Source of the DNA: Chiloscyllium plagiosum
Taxonomy: Eukaryota
Direction: 5' to 3'
DNA length: 64,000 nucleotides
Assembly (NCBI RefSeq): GCF_004010195.1
Contig: NC_057718.1
Span: forward strand, 92,614,540 to 92,678,539
Numbering within the stretch: position 1 is the first letter of the stretch; each line of letters begins with the position of its first letter. Shown piece after piece: positions 40,140-53,409 of the stretch. Under the pieces are notes generated by a model. The model did not search any database. It saw nothing but the letters and a program-made list of their open reading frames with translations, and had not been told where the DNA came from. The translations under genes were made by a program, and so were the position numbers.

Positions 40140-42801
40140 AGACTCAAAACAATATCTAACATTTTATTTGATTCCACAAGTGAACGACATTTGATAAGTC
40201 ATCTAGAGTGCAAGAATTGCACTGACAACAAATTTAAGATTGTCATTCAAACTCTGGTGCATGTACATCTTTGAAGCTATATATATGAATACACAGGGCT
40301 TCTGTGCTTTGCGGACAGAACCTGTAAATGCACTGTGCCAATTTCAATTTTACAAAATATACAACAGCCATTCTCTGGTTTATTCTGTAGAGCAGTGCCT
40401 TAACCAATCAGTCAATCTGGTTTATTTAAATTTAATCAAAGCTTGGATGTTAACTCAGTCATAATCAAACATTTGCATTCTCCGTGGCAGTGCATGTATA
40501 AGTCAGAGTTCATTTGCCAGTGAATTAGCACTCTTCTCATATAATCTAAAATGTTCCCCTTTTATATTGGTATTCTTAGGAATATCTTGATGAGTACAAG
40601 ACAAATGCCTTTTTCAGCCATACTCTAGTTCCGAGCTGCCACATTATTATTTGTTCACTATTTTTGTGGTACTTTATTTACGTCTATTTGAAAACCCAGA
40701 TAGACCACAGCCACTGATATCCTGGTTTTTATTCTACTGGTAAAATCTTCAAAACAACCTCCCAACTTTGATTTTTTTTCATATATCCACATTGACTCTA
40801 CTCAAATAGATCGTTATTTTTAAGTGCCCAATTATCACATCCTTTACTAAGAATTCAATTTTTGTCTAATCCTGATGTCATGCTAATCAGTTTGTAGTTC
40901 CACATTCTGATAGCTTTCAGCATTTCCCCCATATTCTAGAATGTTTACACTCAATCTCTCTTTTGCTATATCTCATTCCTTCTGCAAAAGCCCACTTAAA
41001 ATCTATTTTTGGCCCCTTGCCCTCACTCTCCTAATTATGTTTGGTCCTGATTTCTGTATGTAAATGCTTTGATCAGTTTGAAACATCAAAAGCATTTTGT
41101 AAATTATTGATAGCAGCATCAGTGTTGACTTGATGTCCAAAAGTGAACACAATATTTGAGGTGAGTTTGACCTATGTACTGCATGATATTAGTAGGATAT
41201 TTTCTGATTTATTCTGCATATTTGCATCCTCTGTATTTTGTTTAATGCGCTACTGATGTGACTGACATGTTAATTACATCTATTATCACTTTTAGCTCCA
41301 TTTGTTACTTTCATCCCTTTCATGCTATACTATAATATTTAATTTTGCTTTCAAAATGACTTTTGACAAATAGTGATAGACTATGTGGACTATTCTTGTA
41401 AATCTTGCATTTTGGCTTGGTTGCATTCTAATCCCAATTGGAATTCTCTGCCAATCTAACTTGTCGCATTGGATTTCAGAATTCAAGTTGTTACTGTTGA
41501 TTAGAGCATTGATCCCTAGAATGTTCTACTTGGTACAATTCCCTGTTCCATCCTGCCCAGCCATCTTCTCACTCTCAAAACGAAAATGTCTCTCTACAGT
41601 AGTTGCCAATCGTGTCTTTTTGTGGCAGGTGTATTGCAATTCTTAATTTCCTTTCCAAAAACCTATAGATCACTTTCATGATTGATTTTCTTTGGCTTTT
41701 CTTCTCTAAATGCCTATCTGCCCTACAAGTAAGTTTACATAGAATAAATGCACATAGAAAAAAAAGAGGCACAATGCAGTTCCTCAATGGGCCTTTGTTA
41801 GTTTTACCAATCAAATTTGTTTCAAATTGTAGGAATCAGTTATGCAACACTTAAACCTATGACTAACCAACTAGAAGAACAAAGGTATGGGAACACAATC
41901 ATATTTCACCATCCTGACTTGAAAGTTTGTTATCGTCTTCATTACTGGGTTGGATCCTTACACTGCAGCATGATAGAGTACCTTCATTATGCCGACTGCA
42001 GCAGTTCTAGAAGGCTTACCTTCCCAAGGGTAATTAGATGCACAATTAATGCCCCTATTTCAGCTCTACCATTTGCGTTGTCGGCTGGTAAATGCAATTT
42101 TGTCTGCCATGAGCACATACGTCAAAGGCCTATCTCAAAATGCAGACTAGTGCACCTGCACAAAAATTACTTTCTCTCTATCCCCTTACCTGAGGGATGC
42201 ATCTTCTAAGCAGCCCTTGACATTCTGCTGTTTTCAAATACATAAACAGGAATGAGATTGACCATAAATGTGACTTACATAAAGTTGTTCTAACATGTGA
42301 GAACTTAGGAATTGAGACTACTTCTCAGAATCTTGCAGTAGTATAATGAGTCAGTCCTGTAGTGGGCAATGCCAACGTTTAGACTGGAATATGCATAGGA
42401 ACTGAAGAAAGATTAAATGGTAATGTCCTAACCAGAATTACAAGGCATTAGTGAATATGTATGTCTTCTGCTAGACACGTCTTTCCCAGATTATTACAAC
42501 TAAACTTTCTTCCTAATTTGTTCAAGCTTCTGATATTCATGGAAGAACTGAAACTCCCTTTTTCTCTCAAAGTGAAATAAAGAGAGTGAGAATCTTATCG
42601 CCTTACATCTTCTGTGTGTGTGTTTTGGTGGGGTGGGGTGGGGGGTGCACAGTGGATGTGTAATAGAATTGCATGGTCATGTTGTAAATTCCAATTTGAG
42701 AGTTCCAGCCATCCTTCACCATGGATATGCATTCCCTTTACACATCCATCTGCCATCGGGATGGCCTCTGGGCTCTCCACTTTCTCAAGGTCTAAACTGA
42801 A

Positions 42802-43130
42802 GGCAGCACGGTGGCTCAGTGGTTAGCACTGCTGCCTCACAATGCCAGGGACCTGGGTTTGATTCCAACCTCGGGCTGTCTGTGTGGAGTTTGCACATTC
42901 TACCCATGTTTGCATGGGTTTATCCCGGGTGCTCCGGTGTCCTTCCACAATCCAAAGATGTGCAGGTTAGGTGAATTGGCCATGCTAAGTTGCTCATAGT
43001 GTTCAGGGATGTGTATAGGATAATGGGGATGGGGAATCGGTCTGGATGGGTTACTGTTTGGAGGATTGGTGTGGACTTCTTGGGCCAAAGGGCCTGTTTC
43101 CACACTGCAGGGATTCTATGATATTCTATG
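42802..43130 (+). mobile_element. HE1-type SINE
   Basis: ggcagcacggtggctcagtggttagcactgctgcc head; tail gggattctatgatattctatg. Confidence 0.92.
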
Positions 43131-43134
43131 AATG

Positions 43135-43447
43135 CATCCACCACCAGCCCCCTCCAACTGGCTGAGCTTGCTTTGAATACCTGCTCCTTTAACTCCTCTC
43201 ACTTCCTTAGATCAAAGGTGTGGCCATGGGTGCCTGTCTCTTTGTGGGGTATGTGGAACATTCCTTTATTCCAATTCTGCTGTGGTCCCTCCCAAAACTC
43301 TCCAGTACATAATGATATTATCAGTGCTGCTTCCCTCTCTTGTCCAGAATTGGAAACAATAATCAATCTCACTTCCAACTTCCACCCTGCTCTCACCTTC
43401 AGCCCCTCTGTTTCCATTTTTGGGGATAAGTTGGCCACTGATCTCCA
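43135..43447 (+). mobile_element. Penelope-type reverse transcriptase fragment
   Basis: LAELALNTCSFNSSHFL..., ggtgtggccatgggt (GVAMG), DIISAASLSCPELETIINLTSNFHPALTF: PLE RT motifs, frameshifted. Confidence 0.85.
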
Positions 43448-45185
43448 TGACATGAAAGTAATGCAAAGACACCAATTTACTTGTCAGATAGACTCAGGTT
43501 AACAGAAAACACAAGTTTACATACTTACAGAAGTTACTACAGTATTTATTACAAATATCAGGATTCTAGTCACAGGTAAACAACTATGAGCTGTTGACAC
43601 AATTCTATTAATGTTCTAACTTCTAAAGTTTCCCAATATACACTCTCAAAAACCAATGTGCTAAGGGTGCAGGGAAAGTAAGTTTCTGGGAGACAGTTCA
43701 ATGGCACCAGCCCTTAGGATCTAATGTATTGTTCCTTTTGTTTCCTGAGTGCTTCAGTTCTCTAACCTTAACCTTCAGTGATCTCACTTCATCACAGGAG
43801 GCAGAGAACAAGTGGTAGTCTCTTGATTTATGATTAAAATCATAAAGCTGGTGATTGAAAATGACCTGGCCTCCTTCAGGCTTGAGCTATTTTACTGGAA
43901 AGAAGGAAAGAGAGATGCCAGCCACCCTTTCAGCAGTCTGAAATCTTCAGCCAGTATCATCCACCTCCACAGGCTGTTCAGCTGCTCAATCAGCGGGTTG
44001 TCAGAATGACAGTGCTTGGCATTGACAACTGGTCACAACTCTACAAACCAGTCAGAAACATCTTGCTGGCCAAATCTCACTTTGAATAAGATGCCCGGCA
44101 CTCGGCCATTTATAATCCACTTCCCCCATTACTTGTTGTAAAGGTGACTTAGGATAAGTTTCAGTAATTTTTGTAAAAATTGAGCAATTTGTTCCACATT
44201 CCTTGGTTTCAAAACAGTCCATTTTCAAACTTAGACCATGATCAACAATAAAATAACAAGATGCCCCCTTTGTAACATGTAATCACGATTTAATAACATT
44301 ACCATTTTCTTAACAATTGCGACTGTGAGTAGGTAAAGTGTTTCATTTAATATCCATATGCTTGACTAGGGATGCTCCCCATTCTCCTTGATATTCTAAT
44401 TTATAAAGTTTGAAAACTTTTATAAATGTATTGCTTCAAGTAGAATTTGAATTGTCAAGCCTATCTATGCTTAGACTGCAGTTCTATTAAAATAAAACAA
44501 AGGCTGTCAGAAAAATCTGTTAAATAGCAGATGTGTAACAGTGTCACTAAGCAACAGCTGATTGTTTCGTTTTACATGATTACCAGCTATTGGAGATAGA
44601 TTCCCTTTTATTAATAAGCAGTTAAGTTCAAAAAATCAGGTTAGCTTAAATGATCTGTGCAGAGCAACCACATAAATTATCTCTTTAACTGGACTTATTG
44701 TGAATTTGATTGGGGATGAATAATCAAGAAATATTAGCCCAGATTTGGCTGAAGGGTGTCCACTCATTGGATTTGTCCTTGCAAGATTAGGAAGGTCTCT
44801 TTTGTTTTCTGGTGTGACAAATTATTGAAAGTACACACTGTTAGCAAGACAAGTCGGGTGTCTGGGTCTTAAGGAAGCAGGACAGTTAACTATTTCCATA
44901 ATGCGCTGAACTGGATGGTTATGCAGTTATGGATGAATGAGAAGCAAGTTTAAGAATGGAAGAATTTGATATTAAATCTGATGCATAAAGAGAGGGAAAG
45001 ATTTGAATTAAGAGTGGGGAAAAAATTCAGGATTTTTCTTAAAAAGCTACATTTTTAAAATCTCAGACAATACCTGAATGAATGAGACTCCATATCTTCA
45101 ATAGCTAATTTTCAATGTCAGGGTGAGGGAGTGGCTATAATAACAAGCAACATCCTAGGCACATGTTGAGAGTGCAATCAATGGC

Positions 45186-45826
45186 TAGTATGCTTTCTTT
45201 TATTGGTCAGAGAATTGAGTACAGGAATTGGGAGGTCATGTTGCGGCTGTACAGGACATTGGTTATGCTACTGGTGGAATATTGCGTGCAATTCTGGTCT
45301 CCTTCCTATTGGAAAGATGTTGTGAAACTTGAAAGGGTTCAAAAAGGATTTACAAGAATGTTGCCAGGGTTGGAGGATTTGAGCTATAAGGAGAGGCTGA
45401 ACAGGCTCGGGCTGTTTTCCATAGAGCGTCGGAGGTTGAGGGTGACCTTATAGAGGTTTACAAAATTATGAGGGGCACGGACAGGATAAATAGACAAAGT
45501 ATTTTCCCTGTGGTCGAGAGTCCAGAACTAGAGGGCATAGGTTTAGGGTGAGAGGGGAAAGATATAAAAGAGACCTATGGGGCAACGTTTTCACACAGAG
45601 GGTGGTATGTGTATGGAATGACCTGCCAGAGAATGTGGTGGAGGCTGGTAAAATTGCAACATTTAAAAGGCATTTGGATGGGTACATGAATAGGAAGGAT
45701 TTGGAGGGATATGGGCCGGGTGCTGGCAGGTGGGACTAGATTGGGTTGGGATATCCGGTCGGCATGGATGAGTTGGACCGAAGGGTCTGTTTCCATGCTG
45801 AACATCCCTCTGACTCTATGACTCTA
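45186..45826 (+). mobile_element. Young CR1/HER1-type LINE 3' end
   Basis: ORF ...VMLRLYRTLV..EYCVQFWSPSYWKDVVKLERVQKGFTRMLPGLEDLSYKERLNRLGLFS; tail ctctgactctatgactcta. Confidence 0.93.
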
Positions 45827-46148
45827 ATGGCATTCTAAGCTCAATTGGAGAGACTGGCTAAAGCATTCTACTCTTTTTTTTTCAGAGAAAGTTGAAAAGG
45901 AAGCAAGCTATGTTAAATGTTTGTGGAGCACTGATTTGTCATCCACTGATGTATTGTTTCAGTTTTGTATGCAATGCTTTAAGAGAGATGTGAGGCAGTA
46001 GAGAAAAGATTCATACAAATATTTGCAAGGGTGAGGAACTTCAGTTACATAAATAGATTGAACTATTCTTATTAGAGAAGAGGAAGCTGAGAGGAGGTTT
46101 GATGGAGGTATTCACATCATGATGGCTCTGACAGAGTAGAGGGAGAAA

Positions 46149-46274
46149 TCAACTAGACAAAAGTGAGAACTGCAGATACTGATGAAGGGTTTTTGCCCGA
46201 AACGTCAATTTTCCTGCTCCTTGAATGCTGCCTGACCTGCTGTACTTTTCCAGCACCACTCTGATCTAAAAACT
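46149..46274 (+). mobile_element. Short PLE-derived insert with intact hammerhead core
   Basis: 16-bp direct repeat agagtagagggagaaa (46133-46148, 46275-46290). Confidence 0.85.
46179..46206 (+). ncRNA. Minimal hammerhead ribozyme core (PLE type)
   Basis: CUGAUGA-A-GGGU-UUUU-GCCC-GAAAC-GUC. Confidence 0.7.
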
Positions 46275-49200
46275 AGAGTAGAGGGAGAAACTGTTCCCAT
46301 TGGTTGAAGAATCTAGAACAAGACAACGCAGATTTACGATAATTGTTAAAAGACGGCATGAGGAACATCTATTTCAGACAATGATAGGATTGGACTGCTC
46401 TGCCTAGACGTAACGGTCAAGGTGGGTTCAATTGAGGCATTCAAGAGGAATTGGATTGTTATCCGAAAAGGAAGAATGTTCAGTCCCGTTGCTGTCAATT
46501 AAACTGAACATGTTGGGCTGCATAGAAGCTGCAGCTGATGTGACACTACGTATTTCTACAATCGTTTGAGACTAATTTCTGGCCTATAATGTTAAATTTT
46601 AATCAGCATTTCGATACCAGCAAAGTTTCACTTTGAACAAAGCCTGAGTATAATTTGAAACTATTGGCCCCACGTTGCTTGAAGCAGATAGCAATTTAAA
46701 AATACTATCTATGGAAACAACATTCTTCAAAGGTTCTGTGAGAGTTTTGCATAATGTATGTTGCATAATTAATTAAGTAGGTTGGATCATTTATCTTTGT
46801 GTCAGAATCAATTGCTGATTATATACAAATTACTTTGCTTCTTTTTCTCCAAGATTTGCTTTTGAATTATCAAGCTCTTTTCTTGAGCTTGCATTTTGCC
46901 ATAGCTATACACATAATTATGCTGTACCTTTGTCTAATTTGTCCTTGAAACATAACTATAAAATAAGTAATAAATTTAGCCTTGTTGCTCAACATTGCTT
47001 AAAGATCATTGCTCAATATTACTGATTCATTTTACATTATCGCTATTGATTACTGGTTTTGCCACTTATTCTTGTCATCTTGCCTTATCTTGCTTACAAG
47101 AAATTACTACTTGATGGAACCATGTCTAGGGCACAGACAAGTGGAAAGAGGTCACACAATTCGAGCTCAGAAGAGGAGTAGGTTCCCTGGAGACTTCTTT
47201 CCCTGTTTATATACTGCTCTTATGCATGGAACATGAGAATAAACTAACATGCAGAATTCTGCAACCTAGTACAGAATCATTTTTTGCTTTCTTTCCTTGT
47301 TGAATAAATCAGTAATGGTGTACTAAATTATCATTTAAAAGTATTAACTGTCACACAGGGTAACTTTACAATTACAATGAATCTGCCTGGGTATGCTTTC
47401 ATTAAACAGTGATGATATATTTGTTGATGGAAATTTGGAATTGGGTTGACCCTTTGAGGCAGACTTGGTGATTCAGACCTGGGCAAGACAATGTTTTCTA
47501 TAATCATACCTGAACTACAAAGGTTGAACTATCGATAAAGATTAAGCAAGTCAAGGTTATATTCCATTGAATGGGGTTGTCAAAACCTGGATTGTGGAAT
47601 AATGATGTAAGGGTCACAGCTGTTGAGTGGAGACTTCGGTGGGGGTTAACTATGGGATCGGTGCCAAGATTTCTGTAATGTACATAAGCGTGACTCTTAC
47701 CTCCAAAACTTATTCTGAGTGTTCAAAAGAGTGGGGACACATTGGGCTCCACTCAGCAACAAGCCTCCATATCCCCTCAACAATTCTCACCTGCTAAAAA
47801 AAATAAATTTACCCCCCCCCCCCCCCCCTACACGATCTGAACAACTCTCTCCCTCTCGCAATCCTACTCTGGCAACGCACCAATTTTCAAATGTTTAAAC
47901 GAAATCACAGTTGATAAAATGTTGGAAAGTACTCACCTGGAATTTAGAAGGTCAAGGCATGATTTGATTGATCTTTAGAAGATAGAGTGAGAATCATACA
48001 GTTCTTTGGGGGAAACTATTTCCACTATATGCGGAGTCTTGGTCCAGAGGAAATAGTTTTTTAAAAAGTGGCTGAACATTCAGGAAACATCGTGAAAAGA
48101 TGTTAGAAGTTTAGAACTTCCTTTGATAAACTGCACTTGATGATATGTGAACAATGATTGATTTTATAACTGTTATTGATTTTAGATTGATTTTTTAAAT
48201 TAATGTCATATTCCCAAGGAACAAGATATCCTAATATTATTTATCGTTTCATTATTGAAATTAACATTTTCTGGATTTAAAATGGCTGCAAGCAATTGAC
48301 AAGTCAGTTGCTTGTAGAAATTTCCAGTAATCACCAGTGCACAAACTAGCTCTTCATTACTTTGACATTTCCCACCTCCCACTGTCTGAACATTACAATG
48401 AAACTCACCTGACGGAGCAATAGATATTGCCTCATCCCAGTTGGGTTTGGGTTGAAAGAAAAGCAATGATAATCATTGTGCCAGAAATGGTTCCTACAGC
48501 CCTACATTTACTTCCTGCAACGCACAATGATTTGTGAAAAGACTTTGAAGCCGCCTTGCTAGTTTAACAGGAGCCCCATACATGACCGTAACTCGTAAAT
48601 TTTGAACAGTTTTTATTGTATAGCTCTGAACTCTTTTCTCAGACTTTTTCTTTTAGCATTTGAACAGACAATAAGCAGTTCCAAGCTGCTTAATATCGGA
48701 GTCCATTAAAAACTGAATGTTCCTAGTTACTGTGTCACATGAGATTTCATTTTACAGTTATTACAACAGCCTGGAAAACAAAAGAGAACAGTTATCAGAA
48801 ACATAGGTGTCATAATGTGTCTGAAATTAGCATTAGCATCAACAGTTTATTTGATGTACCTATGATCAGTGTATCATTTTCAAAATAAGGTCTTTTTCTT
48901 AGAAGGAATGAAAACTAACCCACAGATGAAGGTGGACAAGGGACAATGGTCACTCAACATCATGAGTGACTGTCCCATCTCTATTGGTCAAAAGGATTCA
49001 AACAATTGATTGACATGGTATAAATTGCCTGCCCTTAGAAGTATAATATAACAATAAGTGCTCAGGGACAGAGAGTTATTTCTTTGTGGAGAGTCCTCAT
49101 CAATCAGACCTTGGCAGCAGTTTCTGGTGGGTGGGGAGGGGGGGCTGCCCAGAAAGCAATCTTCATCAGGCAGTCCTCATTGGACAGGTGAAAGATGGAC

Positions 49201-49329
49201 CAGTGTAATAACAGGAGGACTCAGGAAAGAGTTCCTTCACAACTTGACTGGAGAGTAGGATGCTAACCCTACAACTTTAATGAGACCAACACGTTCTGCA
49301 CCAACAGCATGTTTGACCTCTGACATCAG

Positions 49330-49880
49330 TGAACCGTTGTATACTTCCTTTATCTAATGAATGAATCTATCACATCTGAGAGCAGAGATTGTCACCCTCA
49401 AACTGAAGTTCCAGTGAATCTTCAAGCTTCAGTTCATGCCTTTGTGGAAGCACATTGAAGTATTGGTCTCAGCCTCAAAAACAAGACTTAAATCCCTTAC
49501 TAACTATCCCAGGTCAAGTTTCTGGTCTGTCATCCATTAAGATCAACACAGAAATTCTCCCAGATATGGAGTATTTCCCCTGCTTGGGAAGCTACCTTTC
49601 ATCTAAGGCTGACATCAATACAACATTCATTCAAAAGAAACCAACTTGGAGGCAAGTTGTGCAAAGAGACACAATGCTTGGACAACATCCGTTGGCAAGA
49701 AGTACAGAAAAGGAACTTGAGAAAGGAATGCCAGCAATCTTGAGGCCAAGGACCAATTCCATCTCCTGGAAACACCTGCCAAATGTACAGTTAAATGTGT
49801 GGCTCTAGCATTGGGTTCATCAACCACACAAGGGCCTACAGAACCCATGACTAGTAACACAAAAATTTTTGAGATGGACA
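49330..49880 (+). mobile_element. RTE-clade LINE fragment
   Basis: IKINTEILPDMEYFPCLGSYLSSKADIN resembles the RTE RT F-YLGS region. Confidence 0.65.
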
Positions 49881-49890
49881 ATCATACCCA

Positions 49891-49983
49891 CATTCTCCAT
49901 GAAGACCTATGCCTGAAAGGTCAACTCTCCTGCTCCTCCGATGCTGCCTGACCTGCTGTGCTTTTCCAGTGCTACACAATTTG
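49891..49983 (+). mobile_element. Short PLE-derived insert, degenerate hammerhead
   Basis: ccatgaagacctatgcctgaaaggtc + shared arm; near-perfect direct repeat aatcataccca / aattataccca (49880-49890, 49984-49994). Confidence 0.72.
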
Positions 49984-50669
49984 AATTATACCCATTAGCC
50001 CGTGGTTGCCATAGACAATGATGTTAAATATCTAAACTGCTGCTTCTTGACAAACTCAAAAGCTATCAGAAAATGACTTACAAATCGTCACCTGCCTAAA
50101 TCAGGTAACTGTGATTGTGAACCCCTAAAAATCAACAAATTGGTGTCAAAAGCATGATCACAGGAGGTGGGGTCTAATTCACCTTAGCTTTGATAAGCGA
50201 AGAGGAAACAGCAGACTTTGAGTTACCGTGTCACTGGGATATTCTAAAATGCAACTCTTAAATAGTTAAATGGAAAAGTTTGGATCATTTGGCATCCAGG
50301 ATTCTACTGAAAATTGTAGAAATGTGCAATGGTAATTATGAGTGTGTCATTGATAGCCTTTTGAAAGAGGTTATGAAAGGAACAACTAAGTTGGAAACAG
50401 CCTAGAATAAATGAGCCTCAGGTGCCCATTTGTGTGCTTTCCAATTGGATAAGGAAAGTAGAAAGCTGCAGGAATTGGTTAAAAAAAAAGCTGCAGGGTA
50501 AAAATGATTGCCAACAATCATGCAGTGTACCCATAATACAAAATACACGAAAAAGGCTGCAGGTAGACCCAGGTCTGCAACTGAACAAACTGGATTTTGA
50601 AATTGAAACCAATGATGAAATGGACTTCTTGCCTGATTGAACAAAAATTAAAACATGAGAATCAAATCA

Positions 50670-51405
50670 GAGCAGGATTTATACACTTAATGGGAAGGTC
50701 CTAGGGAGACAAAGAAACCTTAGAGTGCAGATTCATAGCTCCTTGAAAGTGGAGTGCAGGTAGATAGGATAGTGAAGGAGGAGTTTGGTATGCTTTCCTT
50801 TATTGGTCAGAGCATTGAGTATAGGGGTTGGGAGGTCATGTAGTGGTTGTACCAGACATTGGTTTGGCCACTTTTGGAATATTTTGTACAATTCTTTTCT
50901 CCCTTACATCAGAAGGATGTTGTGAAACTTGATAAGGTTCAGAAAAGATTTACAAGGATGTTGTCAGGATTGGAGGATTTGAGCTATAGGGAGAGGTTGA
51001 ATAGCTTGGGGCTGTTTTCCCAAGAGTGTTGAAGGCTGACAGGTGACCTTTTAGTAGTTTAAAAAATCATGAGGGGGCATGGATAGGATAAATAGACAAG
51101 GTCTTTTCGCTGGGAAGGGGAGTCCAGACCTAGAGGGCATTGGTTTAGGGTGAGAAGGGAAAGACATAAAAGGGACCTAAGGGGCGACTTTTTCACACAA
51201 AGGGTGGTGCATGCATGGAATGAGCTGCCAGAGGATGTGGTGGAGGCTGGTACAATTACAACATTTCAAAGGTATCTAGATGAGTATATAAATAGGGATG
51301 AGCCAAGTGCTGGCAAAAGGGACAAGATTAAGTTAAGATAACTGGTTGGCATGGACGAGTTGGACCATAGGTTCTGTTTCCATGCAGTGTATCTCAATGG
51401 CTCAA
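50670..51405 (+). mobile_element. CR1/HER1-type LINE 3' end
   Basis: YQTLVWPLLEYFVQFFSP...KRFTRMLSGLEDLSYRERLN; close to 45186-45826. Confidence 0.92.
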
Positions 51406-52257
51406 GATTTCTACTTGTCAAAGCGCAGACAGCAGCTGGGACTGTTATCTTTCAAGAAAAGGTGTATAACCTTGGAATGAAATTGAATGTTTTCATCTGT
51501 TCCATCTCTATGTAGTGAGACAAAGCCAATGTGTAACATCATCCAGGAGCTATACGGAGTGAATAGAGGAATAGAACGCTTAGGTAGTGTTTAAGAACGA
51601 GTTCAACAAGTCCCTTTTCTCCCGTGAAGTTAAAAGAGTCCCCTGTGAAAATTATATTGTGTTCAGAGTTCCCATGACAGTTACAATGAGGGCAACCCTT
51701 CCATTTGACCAAAAGCATCATCAGTTCAAATCATTGAATCCCTGCAGTGTGGAAGTAGGGCATTTAGTTCATCGAGTTCACACTGACCCTGTGAAGAGCA
51801 TCCCAACCAGATGTCCCTGCAACCCTGCATTTTCCATTGCTAATCCATCTAACCTACTCGTCGAAAAGTCTGTCAAATCTTTTTAATCAACAAATTTTAA
51901 AAGTTACCTTAAATTGCTGTGGAAAAGATGCTGTGAAAGTAAAAGATTTAGCTTGTTCTCAAAACAGAGATGAACATTCTTTGGGTGACAATTTGAACTC
52001 AGAATGTAGAATAAGAAATATTTTGCCTGTATCTCCATTGCCTTTTTTGAAGGTGATTTCAAAGAAATCTCATAATAGACGACAACTAACTTTTGGTGCT
52101 GACAGTTTATTCATCTTATCACACACCTTCTGTGTGGCAAGATGTGTGGTTCTGGACAGGAACAAGTGCTGGACTTCTAAATTTGCAGATATGTTTGGAC
52201 ATTATTAACCCATCAGTCTTCTTGCAGAATAACAGCAGATTTGGCTTTTGGTTTTTT

Positions 52258-52652
52258 GAAGAGGTTTCAAGAAGATGGGCATGATTTACAAAATCATGAG
52301 TGACATGGACTGGGCGAATAGCCAAGGTCATTTTTCCTGGGATGGGGAAGCCCAAAACTAGAGGGCATAGGTTTAAGGTGAGAGGGGAAAGATTTAAAAG
52401 GGACCTAAGGGACAACTTTTTCATACAGAGGGTGGTGTGTGTATGGAATGAGCTGCCAGAGGAAGTGGTGGAGGCTGATATAATTGCAACAGTTAAAAGG
52501 CATCTGGATGGGCACGAATAGGACAGGGGTTTAGAGGGGTATGGGCAAATGCTGGCAAATGGAACTAGATTAATTTGGGATATCTGTTCAACATGGATGA
52601 GTTGGACCAAAGGGTCTGTTTCCATGCTATGCATCTCTGTGATTCTATGACT
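52258..52652 (+). mobile_element. CR1/HER1-type LINE 3' end
   Basis: KTRGHRFKVRGERFKRDLRDNFFIQRVVCVWNELPEEVVEA. Confidence 0.92.
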
Positions 52653-53409
52653 TTATAACATAGCAAGGGACCCAGGGATCTTGCTGAGTCAATGTCTTTG
52701 AGATTATCCTGTCTTTGAACAGGAGTATCTTGCAGTCACTGCAATCATTCGAGTTTTCCATAGAAAAGCGCTGGGTAAAACCATCAAACCTGGACATAAC
52801 TGTTTTTGAAATTGGAATTGATAAAATACCTTGATACAATTAACGAGTTCAAACAAACAACTGGAAGTTTAGTTAATGTTTGAAGGGATGAGTATTTCCT
52901 TTTTACATTTAAAGCTTGAGCCATTTGAAACAGCCTAGAAATTTTAATTTGTATCAAATAAAAAGGCAAAATTATTTTGGGAATAAAATAATTGATCACT
53001 AATGAAACCCTCAGCACAACAACATTGTTGAGGCTGTACGTGAAAGAAACCTTCAAGTCTATTGTTGCCATATTTGAATTCGGGGTCATTTTAAAAGAAA
53101 AAAATAATAATCTAACAATTTACTTTTGAGAAAATTGTATGTACTTCTTGGAACAAAGTCCAAATAAGCAGAATTCGGTATTTTTTCATAATGTTTAATC
53201 TCTGTTTTAGAGATATTCTGAGAATATGTTTCTTGTCTTTGAGTAAACTCAACAAGTCAGGTTCCTCCAGAGCTCCTGAATCTGATAGAATGGTAAATAA
53301 TAGGGTAGTCCACTTAGAATGAACAAATAATGACAGAAAAAGGTTCCCACCTCACATTGTGTTAACATTGCATTGAAACTCTCATATAGGAGCAACTGAC
53401 ATTGCATTT

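Larger units (their letters stand above)
45880..46480 (+). mobile_element. Old CR1-type LINE 3' fragment interrupted by a hammerhead insert
   Basis: Degraded ORF2 end; insert at 46149-46274. Confidence 0.7.

Noticed and set aside
52119..52634. Longest ORF in the track (171 aa, minus)
   Set aside because: Antisense reading of a CR1 LINE 3' end; similar peptides recur at the other copies.
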